From Waddliaceae bacterium (GTDB taxonomy: Bacteria; Chlamydiota; Chlamydiia; Chlamydiales; SLFE01), in contig CAVYRW010000004.1 in NCBI GenBank assembly GCA_963771045.1, forward strand, positions 64,001-128,000: DNA of 64,000 bases, given 5' to 3'. The position numbers and the translations under genes are program-made. Positions 39,770-50,182 of the stretch are shown one piece after another. The notes beneath the pieces were generated by a model. It did no database searches. It was not told the origin of the DNA and saw only the letters and a list, made by a program, of their open reading frames with translations. How positions within the stretch are numbered: the stretch's first letter is position 1; every line of letters starts with the position of its first letter.

Positions 39770-41008
39770 CAGGGAAATTGCATGAAGAAATGATTTAACA
39801 CTTTCCCGTCAAAATATTTATCATATACTGCTTATTCCAACCTGCTTTTGATCGCTTATTTTTGATACCTGCTTTTGTTTTCTTGTCTGCTTTAAGTAAA
39901 TTCAAAGTTGATCGTCGAATTATCGAAAAATTTTCCGCACCATTATCTTTTCGAACTTTGCTTCCATCTTCTCCATAAGAAACATCAAGCTGCCAATGAA
40001 GTTTGTTTTCAATCGACCAATGACTTCTTATGGCTTTTCCTATTCTTTCCGCATCGCCCTTTATACTTGATATATAATACCTTAGCTCTACTGTCTCTTT
40101 CTCTTTTACAATCCTTGTGCTCCTTACACAAGCCAGAGATGATAAACCTTTCCATTCTTCCACTTGCGGCAACCAATCAAGATTCGATGTTACCCACACC
40201 TCTCTTTTCTCAAAACGATTTCTTGATTTTTCCTCCGTTATATAGTATTCACATTCAGCTTCTTCCGGCTTAAGGTTAAGCGCTTGATTAAAAAAATGTT
40301 CCGCTTCAGCGTATAAATTTTCCTGATTCCTCTTAAGTCCGAATACGTAATCGCCTCCTTTTTCGCGGATTAGAGATGCGATTGTTTTTTGGCAGCCAGC
40401 TGCATCTATTGTCACAGTAGCTTTTTTTAAATCCAACATCTCAATCAATAATGGAAATGCTGTTATCTCATTTGATTTGGCCTCAGTGGCCAATTGCCCT
40501 AATACAAGATCATTCTCGGCTGAGAATGCGCTTACCAAATGAATAGCTTGTGTACCGCAACTTTTAGAGTTGCAAATAGTCTTTCCATCCAAAGCTATGA
40601 CACCTTCAACGGCTTTAGAAATTTTCTGGGTCCAAGAGAGGAAACATTTTTCGAATGCAACAGGGTCTACATAGCGGAAAAAACGACTAAAAGTATCATG
40701 TGAAGGAGTACCATTTTCTCCAATGCCGTACTGTTTAAGCCAGTCTTGGTTAGATTCGCCCCATAAGGCGACATCAACCCAGTCATCGGCACTACAAAGA
40801 ACCCCGAGTATGGCTATAGTTAAAATATCGAATAACGGATATTTTTGATTTCTCGATTCCCTAGGATCAGGCAGGACGGAAAAGCTAATCATGATTGATG
40901 TCTCACTTATAAGATTTTGAGATGACATTATATACCTCCATTTTAAGAAGGTAAAGTCTTCAAAATCTGGCTTGACATGTCAAATCATTTCTTCATGCAA
41001 TTTCCCTG
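39770..41008 (-). mobile_element. ISAs1 family element (transposase 39795-40928)
   Basis: Perfect 27-bp TIR CAGGGAAATTGCATGAAGAAATGATTT; PSHDTF, IALDGKT, KSNEI, HWSIENKLHW. Confidence 0.95.
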
Positions 41009-41736
41009 TTTTTCTCACTAGCCTTGAGCATCGCTGCCTGAGCGTGTTATTAAATCTCTCAATGTAGCTTGTCTTACCTGACTCCTTTCCGACTGGGCGA
41101 TGTTGTTCCCAAGGAAGGACTTCGTAGTAGATTGAGAACTTATCCGTATAAAAGACGGCTTTTTTTTTAAGTCCTCGGGGAGCTTCGCTAATAAGGATTC
41201 CGCTGCTTGCTTATTTCTTTTTCCTACATGCATAGCTAATACCTGTCGTGTACCTGAATGAAATGCGAGCCAAAGCCATATTGGATTTTTTTTCTTTCCT
41301 ACATAGCTCCACTGTTCATCAAGCTCAAGTATAGCTACCTCAAACTCTTCTTCTCCAGTGACATCCGCATTCAAATCTTCTGGAAGATCTTCGATTATTC
41401 TGTTCATAAAATTCAAAAGCCAGGGCATGCTGACGTCAAAGATTCTACAAATACCTTCGAGAGAAACGCGTTCAAGCAATGCCTGTCTTACTCTTGATTT
41501 TGTCTCATCTGATATTATTTTTTGCTGAGGATCGATGACGAATTGCCTTCCACAAGACAAACACCTATGATTTTGCTTTCCACTGTGAATATGGCCGTTC
41601 TTTTTGATACTGGTGGATTTACAGTTAGGACAAGTGGGTGTCATTTGGGTCCTCCATTCGTTTTAGAAACAAAGGAAAACGCACAAGGAAATCAATGTCA
41701 ATTCAAAAATTGAGCATTACATGTTATGGACCACCC
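41009..41736 (-). mobile_element. IS1 family element, 3'-truncated by ISAs1
   Basis: CPNC..KNG...QNHRCLSC zinc ribbon, ELDEQWSYVG; left end GGGTGGTCCATAACATGTAATGC; A9 run. Confidence 0.9.
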
Positions 41737-41877
41737 TTTCGTGATACAGTAGAAAAAGAAAATGGGTTATCAGGAATCTTATTTCGTTAAAATTTTATTT
41801 CATCAACTTGTAGGTTGTTCAAATTAAGCTGGTTTTGTCATGAAACATTTAGAAAAAAAGTGAAAAACTTAACAGAA

Positions 41878-42867
41878 TCATGCCGCTCTTGATTTTTCGT
41901 ATTTGACTGATTCAAGAAATTCTTGATTAAGTCCCTGTCCCCAATTGAGATAAATATTTGGATTTTGATCAACTAATTGGGATAAGATGTCTATTGATTT
42001 GTCATTCAATGGGTTATACCATATCGACAAATAATTAAGATGTTCTAATTCTAACAATTCTTCTGGAAGATTCTCTATTTTATTAAAATCTAATGTCAAC
42101 CCTCTCAGGTTCTTAAGATTTTTTATCTCTTGGGGAATCTGAGTAATCGAATTATTCATGACGCTCATATATTTTAGATTTGATAATTGAAAAATTGCTG
42201 TGTTTATTTCCTTTAACTTGTTGTCTGAAACTGAAAAATCTTCCAGGTTTTGGAGGTGGCGTATTTCATTTGGAATCTCTGAAATTTGGTTATTATCGAG
42301 TCTTAATGATATTAGTTTTGCTAATTTTCCTAATTCTGGAGAAATTTTCTTAATTCTATTATCCCGAAAATCTAGAAATTCTAGATTTATCAACCTAGAA
42401 ATATCTTGTGGTATTTCTTTGATATTTAATTCATTAAGTTCTAGATTGTTTATCATCTGGATTGGTTTCATCGTAATTATCTGATAATTAGCGAATTTCT
42501 TTGTCAGAAAGTCCTTTTCTTTGATATTTACATTTTTATTTTCAAAGCAAATAACTAAACATAGGTTGTTATCTACATTTTCTGAGTGGTCTATTGGGAA
42601 GAGAATGAAATCTATGCCTATGGAGAACAAGTCGTATAAAATTTCATCAGCTTCTTGTAATATTGGCAGGTGTTCGGTCAATTGGTTATTAGGAATTTTT
42701 TCTTTATGTTTGCTTTCTGATATTTGGATTTCTTTTCTATTGGACCAAAATTCGGTTAGTTCTTCTTTGAATTCATCTACCAGATTTTCATTATTTAATA
42801 AGTTATCAATTTTATCAAATCGTCCTTCAACCATCTCATCAATAAGTTTCTTGAATATGTCATCCAT
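41878..42867 (-). CDS. Leucine-rich repeat protein
   Basis: About six 23-aa LxxLxLxxNxIxxIP repeats. Confidence 0.9.
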   Translation of the reverse strand: MDDIFKKLIDEMVEGRFDKIDNLLNNENLVDEFKEELTEFWSNRKEIQISESKHKEKIPNNQLTEHLPILQEADEILYDLFSIGIDFILFPIDHSENVDNNLCLVICFENKNVNIKEKDFLTKKFANYQIITMKPIQMINNLELNELNIKEIPQDISRLINLEFLDFRDNRIKKISPELGKLAKLISLRLDNNQISEIPNEIRHLQNLEDFSVSDNKLKEINTAIFQLSNLKYMSVMNNSITQIPQEIKNLKNLRGLTLDFNKIENLPEELLELEHLNYLSIWYNPLNDKSIDILSQLVDQNPNIYLNWGQGLNQEFLESVKYEKSRAA

Positions 42868-43211
42868 AAAAACACCCTATAATTATTAACAGTAATTAAA
42901 AATATTATATATAGCCTCATTATAGCATAACTCTTAAAAACTAAAAAAATAAATTTGATTATAAATAATTTAAATTTATAGGGGTTTTTTAGCTCAGAAT
43001 ATATAAATAACTAATAATCAATTAGATAAATAAATCTATATTAAAAGAGCTGACAACTCCTTTTCAATCACTTTTCCCTGATATTGCTGTTTCTATTATT
43101 GTTAATTTTGATTTGATATTAACAAAATTAACAAAATTGATTAAATAAAAAATTTTAATTATAATTGTATTATAGTCTAAATCCTTACTATCATTAGTTT
43201 GGAGGTGGTTA

Positions 43212-44354
43212 ATGCAAAATCCTAATAATATACAACCTACCTCAGCTGGCAAGCTTAGCAGGCAATTCAATAAAGCAACCAAAAATAAGTCAGTTCTTTC
43301 CAGATCCGGCCGAGCTGTCAAAACACTTTCCGGACCTGATTCTATCAATCTATTGGCCGGAGAGTCTCTTTCGTTAGGGGAAGAGTCTGTTTCTCCGACA
43401 GCCAGGCTGTTATCTTCTGATATTAAAATAGGGGTATCCACCCCCAAATCCAATGCCATAACCAGACAGGGGAAGGTTGCTTTGAGAAGAGGAGATCTCA
43501 CTTTCATTGATGAAGATTTGGATGATTCTGATCGTTTTACTTTTTTAAATCAATTGGTTGAAGTAGAAAAAGAGATAAGTAATAATGATTTACAAATAAC
43601 CAAAAATTTTCTGAATAAGGAAGCATCAAAGCTTGGGTTTGATATTAAGACGGATTTTATGGAAAAAGATATTATCGGAATTAGAATAGAAGACGATTGT
43701 ATTTATTTTACTAAAAATTACAAAAAAGCAGACCTTATAATTAGTCCAGATGGATTAATTTTAGCGAAAAATGAAACACTTAAACAACACCTTATTACTG
43801 TTCTAAATAAAAATAATTTCCATTTTTCTAATGATATAGACCCCGAGATTAGGGAACAAATACTATCAAATATTTACTATCTCAATATTATTGTTGTGGG
43901 TGAGGAGAAATGGAATCGGGTCATCAGACTTATAGAAATGTATCGAGTTGTTAAAAAGGTTTCAGAAGTTAAGGAAAAACAAAGGAAGGTTGATTTTGGA
44001 AAACAACTAAAACTTCCTCCATTAATCGATCGAGATCTCAGAGATTTATATCCTGATAGAAAAGAATTCGATTTTTCATTAATTATAAATATAATGAAAA
44101 GCAATTATTATTTTACCAATATGGCTGAAATTATATCTATAATTTTAAACCATATTCTTGAATTAAAGAAAGAGTTGAAAGAGGAAGAATTACAAGAGAG
44201 ATTAAGAGAAATTAAAAAAGAATTTCGCAATCTGCTAGATTTACGTTTTGAAATGAGTCAAAAAGATCAAAAAATTAACGATATCGTCTATGATAACACA
44301 ACGTCCTTCCTTAGATTTCTTCTTAAGAAGGACAGAAAGTTCACAATATTATAA
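43212..44354 (+). CDS. Hypothetical protein (S-rich N-terminus, C-terminal coiled coil)
   Basis: GGAGG SD; 380-aa ORF in AT-rich DNA. Confidence 0.65.
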   Translation: MQNPNNIQPTSAGKLSRQFNKATKNKSVLSRSGRAVKTLSGPDSINLLAGESLSLGEESVSPTARLLSSDIKIGVSTPKSNAITRQGKVALRRGDLTFIDEDLDDSDRFTFLNQLVEVEKEISNNDLQITKNFLNKEASKLGFDIKTDFMEKDIIGIRIEDDCIYFTKNYKKADLIISPDGLILAKNETLKQHLITVLNKNNFHFSNDIDPEIREQILSNIYYLNIIVVGEEKWNRVIRLIEMYRVVKKVSEVKEKQRKVDFGKQLKLPPLIDRDLRDLYPDRKEFDFSLIINIMKSNYYFTNMAEIISIILNHILELKKELKEEELQERLREIKKEFRNLLDLRFEMSQKDQKINDIVYDNTTSFLRFLLKKDRKFTIL

Positions 44355-44365
44355 TAATATTAAAT

Positions 44366-44911
44366 TTATTTTGCCACTATCATAATACCTTTTTCATAAG
44401 TTATTATGATATACAAATGTAGTTTTCTTCCTTTATTCGGATGGTAAAATAAATTTCCATCTCCCTTAATTCCTATAGAATTATATTGATCCTTCATCTT
44501 GTCGAATAAGGCGCTGTCCGTTACAAACATTATCGAGTTTTTATTTTTATCTGTATAAGAACAATGTGTTATTTGTCCTTTCATAAGTGATATAAGGTCT
44601 CGAACCATTTCAGGCCGTGTTTCCTTAATTTCTTTCAGATCAAATTTTTCAAATTTTTCAAATTTTTCTTTGAAATTCTTCTTTAATCTCTCGGTGTTCG
44701 TTTGATCCTTATGATGAACTGGATTTGGAACTCTGGATTGATGATAAGGAGTTGTATGTGTGAAAGTTTTACCATTGAGATTGTCCTGTCCTGGCTGGTG
44801 ATGGACGGGGATGCGAGCACCAACGCCTCGTTGAGGGCCTGGCTTGGATTGGGTGCGCTGAGGCCCCGATTTACTGTGCCCTATTTGAAAGCCTAGAATT
44901 TTCATAACCAT
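44366..44911 (-). CDS. Hypothetical protein
   Basis: AAGGAG SD; 181-aa ORF with a disordered N-terminus. Confidence 0.6.
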   Translation of the reverse strand: MVMKILGFQIGHSKSGPQRTQSKPGPQRGVGARIPVHHQPGQDNLNGKTFTHTTPYHQSRVPNPVHHKDQTNTERLKKNFKEKFEKFEKFDLKEIKETRPEMVRDLISLMKGQITHCSYTDKNKNSIMFVTDSALFDKMKDQYNSIGIKGDGNLFYHPNKGRKLHLYIIITYEKGIMIVAK

Positions 44912-45179
44912 CTCCTTGTAAGAGCTTTATAATTTTCTGTTATCTTAGTGTATTGTTAGCATTAAGATTATGCAAAAATTATATCAAAGAAGAATTATTA
45001 TTATCAAGCATTAATTTTATACTAATCAATCTTTTGTTTTCATTATAACAAATTATTTAAATTTATGTAGTAAATAGTTTTTGTTTTAACTCTATTAAAA
45101 TGGATTGTTTATTTGTTCTCTCCCTATGGTTTAAATTCTTCTTATCAGTAATCCAATAGTTTGGATATGAAAGACTTGT

Positions 45180-46006
45180 GGGTGGTCCATAACATGTAAT
45201 GCTCAATTTTTGAATTGACATTGATTTCCTTGTGCGTTTTCCTTTGTTTCTAAAACGAATGGAGGACCCAAATGACACCCACTTGTCCTAACTGTAAATC
45301 CACCAGTATCAAAAAGAACGGCCATATTCACAGTGGAAAGCAAAATCATAGGTGTTTGTCTTGTGGAAGGCAATTCGTCATCGATCCTCAGCAAAAAATA
45401 ATATCAGATGAGACAAAATCAAGAGTAAGACAGGCATTGCTTGAACGCGTTTCTCTCGAAGGTATTTGTAGAATCTTTAACGTCAGCATGCCCTGGCTTT
45501 TGAATTTTATGAACAGAATAATCGAAGATCTTCCATAAGATTTGAATGCGGATGTCACTGGAGAAGAAGAGTTTGAGGTAGCTATACTTGAGCTTGATGA
45601 ACAGTGGATCTATGTAGGAAAGAAAAAAAATCCAATATGGCTTTGGCTCGCATTTCATTCAGGTACACGACAGGTATTAGCTATGCATGTAGGAAAAAGA
45701 AATAAGCAAGCAGCAGAATCCTTATTAGCGAAGCTCCCCGAGGACTTAAAAAAAAGCCGTCTTTTATACGGATAAGTTCTCAATCTACTACGAAGTCCTT
45801 CCTTGGGAACAACATCGCCCAGTCGGAAAGGAGTCAGGTAAGACAAGCTACATTGAGAGATTTAATAACACGCTCAGGCAGCGATGCTCAAGGCTAGTGA
45901 GAAAAACCCTTTCATTTTCAAAGAAAATTGAGAACCATATTGGCATGATAAAATATTTTATATGTGACTATAACCAGAGAAAAGCATTACAAGTTTAGGA
46001 CTACCC
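45180..46006 (+). mobile_element. IS1 family element, full length but with an internal stop
   Basis: TIRs GGGTGGTCCATAACATGTAATGC / GCATTACAAGTTTAGGACTACCC; GAA>TAA at 45536 relative to the other copy; A8 run. Confidence 0.9.
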
Positions 46007-46055
46007 TAAATCGCACCAAATTTGGTACAATTATATTAGAAAGGAAAACTTATTT

Positions 46056-46122
46056 ATGAATGGCTCCAGGCCACCGAAAAAGATTGTTTCAGTTGTTTTC
46101 TACCGAGAAGAGACTGGTTCTG
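46056..46122 (+). pseudogene. N-terminal stub of a possible RelE/ParE (Gp49-like) toxin cut by IS3
   Basis: MNGSRPPKKIVSVVFYREETGS with AGGA SD; ends at the IS3 boundary. Confidence 0.35.
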
Positions 46123-47489
46123 TGTAATGGTCCCCAAAATTAGGACCACATGCTAAGCTAATATCCTCCTGAAAATCGGAGGATAAAAATGACCCGTAAA
46201 CGTAGGAAATTCTCAGCTGAGTTCAAGCTCAAAGCTGTAACTGAAATCTTGAAAGGAGAAAAGACCGCTTCCCAATTAGCAGGCGAGCTTGGTGTTCACC
46301 CCGTGGTTCTATCCGAGTGGAAAAAGCACTTTCTGGAGGTAGGACCTCAAATCTTCGAAAAACCTAAAAAGGCATCAAAGGTAAATCAGGAAGAGAAAGA
46401 AAAGGCCGAATTGTTCGAGCAGATCGGTCGACTCAAGATGGAAAACGAATGGCTTAAAAAAAATTGAGGACCTGGATTTAAATGACCGACGAGCCCTCAT
46501 TGAACCATCTCATCCACACTTTTCTCAGAGAAAACAGTGTGAAATTCTCTCTTTGCACCGCTCTGGATTATATTATCAACCGGCAGAACCGGGTGAGGAC
46601 ACTCTCCGCCTCATGCGTGCAATCGATGAAGAATATCTTGAAAATCCTCACTATGGGAGGAGGCAAATGGGTGAAATAATGAGGGCTCGGGGGTTTGATG
46701 TGGGCAATAAGAAGATCAGATCACTGATGCGTCTGGTGGGATTAGAAGCTATTTACCCCAAACAAAACCTGAGCAAACCCAACAAAGAGCATAAAAAATA
46801 TCCCTATTTGCTCCGTGGATTGAAAATTGACCGACCCGATCAAACCTGGGCAGGAGATATCACCTATATCCCACTTCTGCACGGCTTTGGTTACCTTTTC
46901 GCGATCATTGACTGGTTTAGTCGTTATGTGATCGAGTGGGAGTTGTCCAATCTACTAGATAGCAGTTTTTGTGTTGAAGCACTTGATAGAGGTCTTGTCG
47001 ATACAAGACCCGAGATTTTCAACACAGATCAAGGGGTGCAATTCACAAGTTGCTGCTTTGTCGGCAGACTTGAAGAGAATGAGGTAAAAGTGAGCATGGA
47101 CGGAAAAGGGCGGGCTCTTGACAATGTATTCATTGAAAGGCTCTGGAGAAGCGTAAAGTATGAGAACGTTTATCCAAGAGGATATGAGACTCTGAAAGAA
47201 GTCCGTCAGGGACTGAAAGGCTATTTCAAGTACTACAATGAGAGAAGGCCTCATCAAGGGCTTGATTATCGAACTCCAGCTGAGGTATATTTTGCGAAGT
47301 AGTATCCAAAGCGCCGGCGCGCGCTCCCCCCATGGGGGGAGCAAGGCTTGTGCCTTCGGATATGGAAGCGAACTAGTACTCTGAGGTTAGAGAAGAAAAC
47401 TGTGAAATACAGAAAAAGGAACTTTTAACAACCAGAGGATGTTAGCTTAAGTTTTGGTGATTTTGGTCCTAAGGAAGGGACCCACCTCA
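46123..47489 (+). mobile_element. IS3 family element (orfA 46189-46467, orfB to 47302)
   Basis: TG..CA ends with imperfect 26-bp IR sharing TTAGGACCA; A8 slippery site at the orfA end; WAGDITY, NTDQGVQF, DNVFIERLW. Confidence 0.93.
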
Positions 47490-47644
47490 TATATTCTTTC
47501 TCGAATGCCCCTTTAATTTAATAAAATTAAATAGAGAATAGGCTGCTCACGTGGGCACGCGCATTCTATTCCCTTAAGTTTACAGCATTGGATCCTCCCC
47601 GAATGCTTACATATTCTTTATTTAGAACTTGATGTGGATTTCAT

Positions 47645-48745
47645 TCATAAGATAACCATATTATCGCGATGGACCACTTCCGGTCCAAACGTATAGCCTA
47701 AAACTTCTTCGATTTTTTCAGAATGGGTTCGCTTGATTTTAGCGATTTCGTCGTGGGAATAGTTTGAAATCCCGACTCCCATAAGTCCTTCTTTCGTTCT
47801 AATTTGTATGAGCGCTCCGCGATCGAATCTGCCTTGAGCCTCTGTGATGCCGATAGGAAGAAGGCTGGCTCCGCCGGTCCTGAGTTTGTTTGCGGCCCCT
47901 TGATCCACAAAAACTTTTCCCTTGGGTTTTTCTGACAAAAGCCACCGTTTGCGGCTTTCGCGGGGAGACTCTGTCGCGGCGAACCTTGTGCCGGCCGTTT
48001 CCCCTTTGGCGAGTTTGAGGAGGACGTCGGGAAGATCCATGGAGGTGATCTCTGTCGGGGTGCCGCTGTGTGAGGCAAGCTGGGCAGCCTCGATTTTGGT
48101 CGCCATTCCTCCGGTGCCTAGCTTTGTCGACGTGTTTTTTGCCGCTTCGACAACTTGATCGTTGATCGTTTTGACAAGGGGGATCATTTTCGCGTCGGGA
48201 TTGAGCCTCGGGTCTTTGTCGTAGAGCCCTTTTTGATCGGTTAGTATCACGAAGAGGTCGGCAGCGATCATGTTGGCGATATGCGCGCCGAGATTGTCAT
48301 TGTCTCCCACAAGGCTTTTCTTGTTGGCGACGGTGTCATTTTCATTGACAATGGGGAGTAGGGCGTGGTCAAGCATGGCATGCAGCGTGTCGCGGATGTT
48401 GAGGTAGGCCTCTCTGCTTGTAAAATCGCTTCTGGTGAGGAGAATCTGCCCTACATGGATATCGTGGAGTCCGAACAGCTCGGTCCAGATTTCCATCAAG
48501 CGCACCTGCCCTACCGAGCAGAGCATTTGTTTGGAGGGTACCGATTTGTCCTGTTTGTATTCGGGAATGACCTCCCTTCCGGCTGCCAGAGCGCCCGATG
48601 TGACGAGGACGACTTTGACCCCCTTGCTGTGCAGCCTCGCCACCTGTCTGGCGGCCTCGAGCATTGCGGGACGCGACAAATTCAGCGTTCCTTTCGTTAA
48701 GGTGCTGGTGCCCAGTTTGATGACGATTATTTTAAGACCTGACAT
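47645..48745 (-). CDS. proB: Glutamate 5-kinase
   Basis: VIKLGTS, NEND, GDNDNL, GTGGMATK, C-terminal PUA domain. Confidence 0.96.
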   Translation of the reverse strand: MSGLKIIVIKLGTSTLTKGTLNLSRPAMLEAARQVARLHSKGVKVVLVTSGALAAGREVIPEYKQDKSVPSKQMLCSVGQVRLMEIWTELFGLHDIHVGQILLTRSDFTSREAYLNIRDTLHAMLDHALLPIVNENDTVANKKSLVGDNDNLGAHIANMIAADLFVILTDQKGLYDKDPRLNPDAKMIPLVKTINDQVVEAAKNTSTKLGTGGMATKIEAAQLASHSGTPTEITSMDLPDVLLKLAKGETAGTRFAATESPRESRKRWLLSEKPKGKVFVDQGAANKLRTGGASLLPIGITEAQGRFDRGALIQIRTKEGLMGVGISNYSHDEIAKIKRTHSEKIEEVLGYTFGPEVVHRDNMVIL

Positions 48746-48796
48746 TTTTTCACAGTTTATTTATCATTATCTTACCAAAACGGAGGAGATTGCACC

Positions 48797-49129
48797 ATGA
48801 TTACCTACGATGATTTTACCAAAGTCGATATTCGGGTCGGAACAATTGTTGACGTTAAGGAGTTTCCGGAGGCCAGACGGCCCGCTTATAAATTGAAAGT
48901 GGATTTTGGGGAGGGGCTTGGAGTCAAAAAATCTTCGGCCCAGATTACCAGGCATTATCAAGTTGATGATCTTGTCGGGAGGCAAGTCATTGCTGTTGTA
49001 AATTTTCCGCCCAAGCAAATTGGTCCTGCGCTTTCTGAAATTCTTGTTTTAGGCTTAAGCGATGAGGAGGGAAATATTGTCCTTTTAGGCCCTGACAAGA
49101 AGGTTCCGAACGGCAGCAAGATGCATTAA
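48797..49129 (+). CDS. csaA: tRNA-binding protein / chaperone CsaA
   Basis: DIRVGTI, KKSSAQIT, VVNFPPKQIG. Confidence 0.9.
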   Translation: MITYDDFTKVDIRVGTIVDVKEFPEARRPAYKLKVDFGEGLGVKKSSAQITRHYQVDDLVGRQVIAVVNFPPKQIGPALSEILVLGLSDEEGNIVLLGPDKKVPNGSKMH

Positions 49130-49156
49130 TTGGAGAGTTGTGGTAAGCCTAAAAGA

Positions 49157-49645
49157 ATGGAAGATCAAGAATGGCTGCTTAAATTATCCAGAAGAGTCGG
49201 GATTGCCATCTATATTCTGGCAAGCTTCATTTTAACTCTCTACGCTCTCGGTATGATCTTCACCTCAGGCTTTCAGATCTACCAGTCTTTAAAAACAGGT
49301 CATTCGCTTCTCGATTCCATGCTGGACGGAGTGAGCCTGCTTGTCATATCCATCGCTGTTTTAGATGTCGGAAAATATTTTTTTGAAGAAGAGGTTTACC
49401 GTTCCAGGGAACTGAGGACCGCCAAGGAAGCCAGAAGGACGCTGACCAAGTTTTTGGTGATCATCCTCATCGCTATCTTGCTTGAGATTCTCGTGTATAT
49501 CTTCGAATCGGGAACAGAACATATGGCAATGCTCCTCTATCCCGCAATTCTTTTATTTGCGGCAAGCTTTCTTGTTATTGCTTTGGGAATTTATCAGCGG
49601 CTTAGCATCTTTACGGAAAAAGAAGACCTAGACGATTCAAGGTAA
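49157..49645 (+). CDS. Four-TM membrane protein (PsiE-like)
   Basis: Four hydrophobic helices, EARRTLTKF; ATG at 49157. Confidence 0.6.
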   Translation: MEDQEWLLKLSRRVGIAIYILASFILTLYALGMIFTSGFQIYQSLKTGHSLLDSMLDGVSLLVISIAVLDVGKYFFEEEVYRSRELRTAKEARRTLTKFLVIILIAILLEILVYIFESGTEHMAMLLYPAILLFAASFLVIALGIYQRLSIFTEKEDLDDSR

Positions 49646-50152
49646 TACATCCAGGATGCTTTTGCAAAACAGCGGCAGGTCTTTGGGCATCCGGCTTGAG
49701 ACCAGGTTTCTATCCACCACGACAGGTTCGTCCGACCAGTCGGCCCCCGAGTTGATGATATCGTCTTTAATCGTGTGGTAAGAGGTGCACTTCCGCCCTT
49801 TTAAGATTCCTGCTGATGCCGGAACCCAGCCGGCGTGGCAGATAAAGGCAACGAGCTTTTCCTGCTCATCGAATTTGCGGGTCAGGTCGAGGGCTTTCGG
49901 CATGGCCCTCAGTTTGTCCGGAGCGTATCCTCCCGGTATGACCAGCCCTTGGAAGTCATCGGCGGACATATTTTGTATCGCCACTTCCGACTTGCAGGGG
50001 TATCCGTGCTTGCCTGCATATTCCGTACTGGATTCGGGACCAGCAACATGGACCTCGTACCCTTCTTCGATTAAACGAAGGCGGGGGTAATGAAGTTCCA
50101 GCTCCTCATAAAGGTGATGGACGAAGATCAGAATTTTTTTATTATGTGGCAT
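49637..50152 (-). CDS. PfpI/DJ-1 family protein
   Basis: YEELE, IPGGYAPD, ICHAG, SSRMPKDL. Confidence 0.92.
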   Translation of the reverse strand: MPHNKKILIFVHHLYEELELHYPRLRLIEEGYEVHVAGPESSTEYAGKHGYPCKSEVAIQNMSADDFQGLVIPGGYAPDKLRAMPKALDLTRKFDEQEKLVAFICHAGWVPASAGILKGRKCTSYHTIKDDIINSGADWSDEPVVVDRNLVSSRMPKDLPLFCKSILDVLP

Positions 50153-50182
50153 AACCGCGATAGTGTCAGATTGCCCATTTAT

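Noticed and set aside
44641..44668. CAAATTTTT x3 tandem repeat
   Set aside because: In-frame coding microrepeat (EKF) with no further evidence of function
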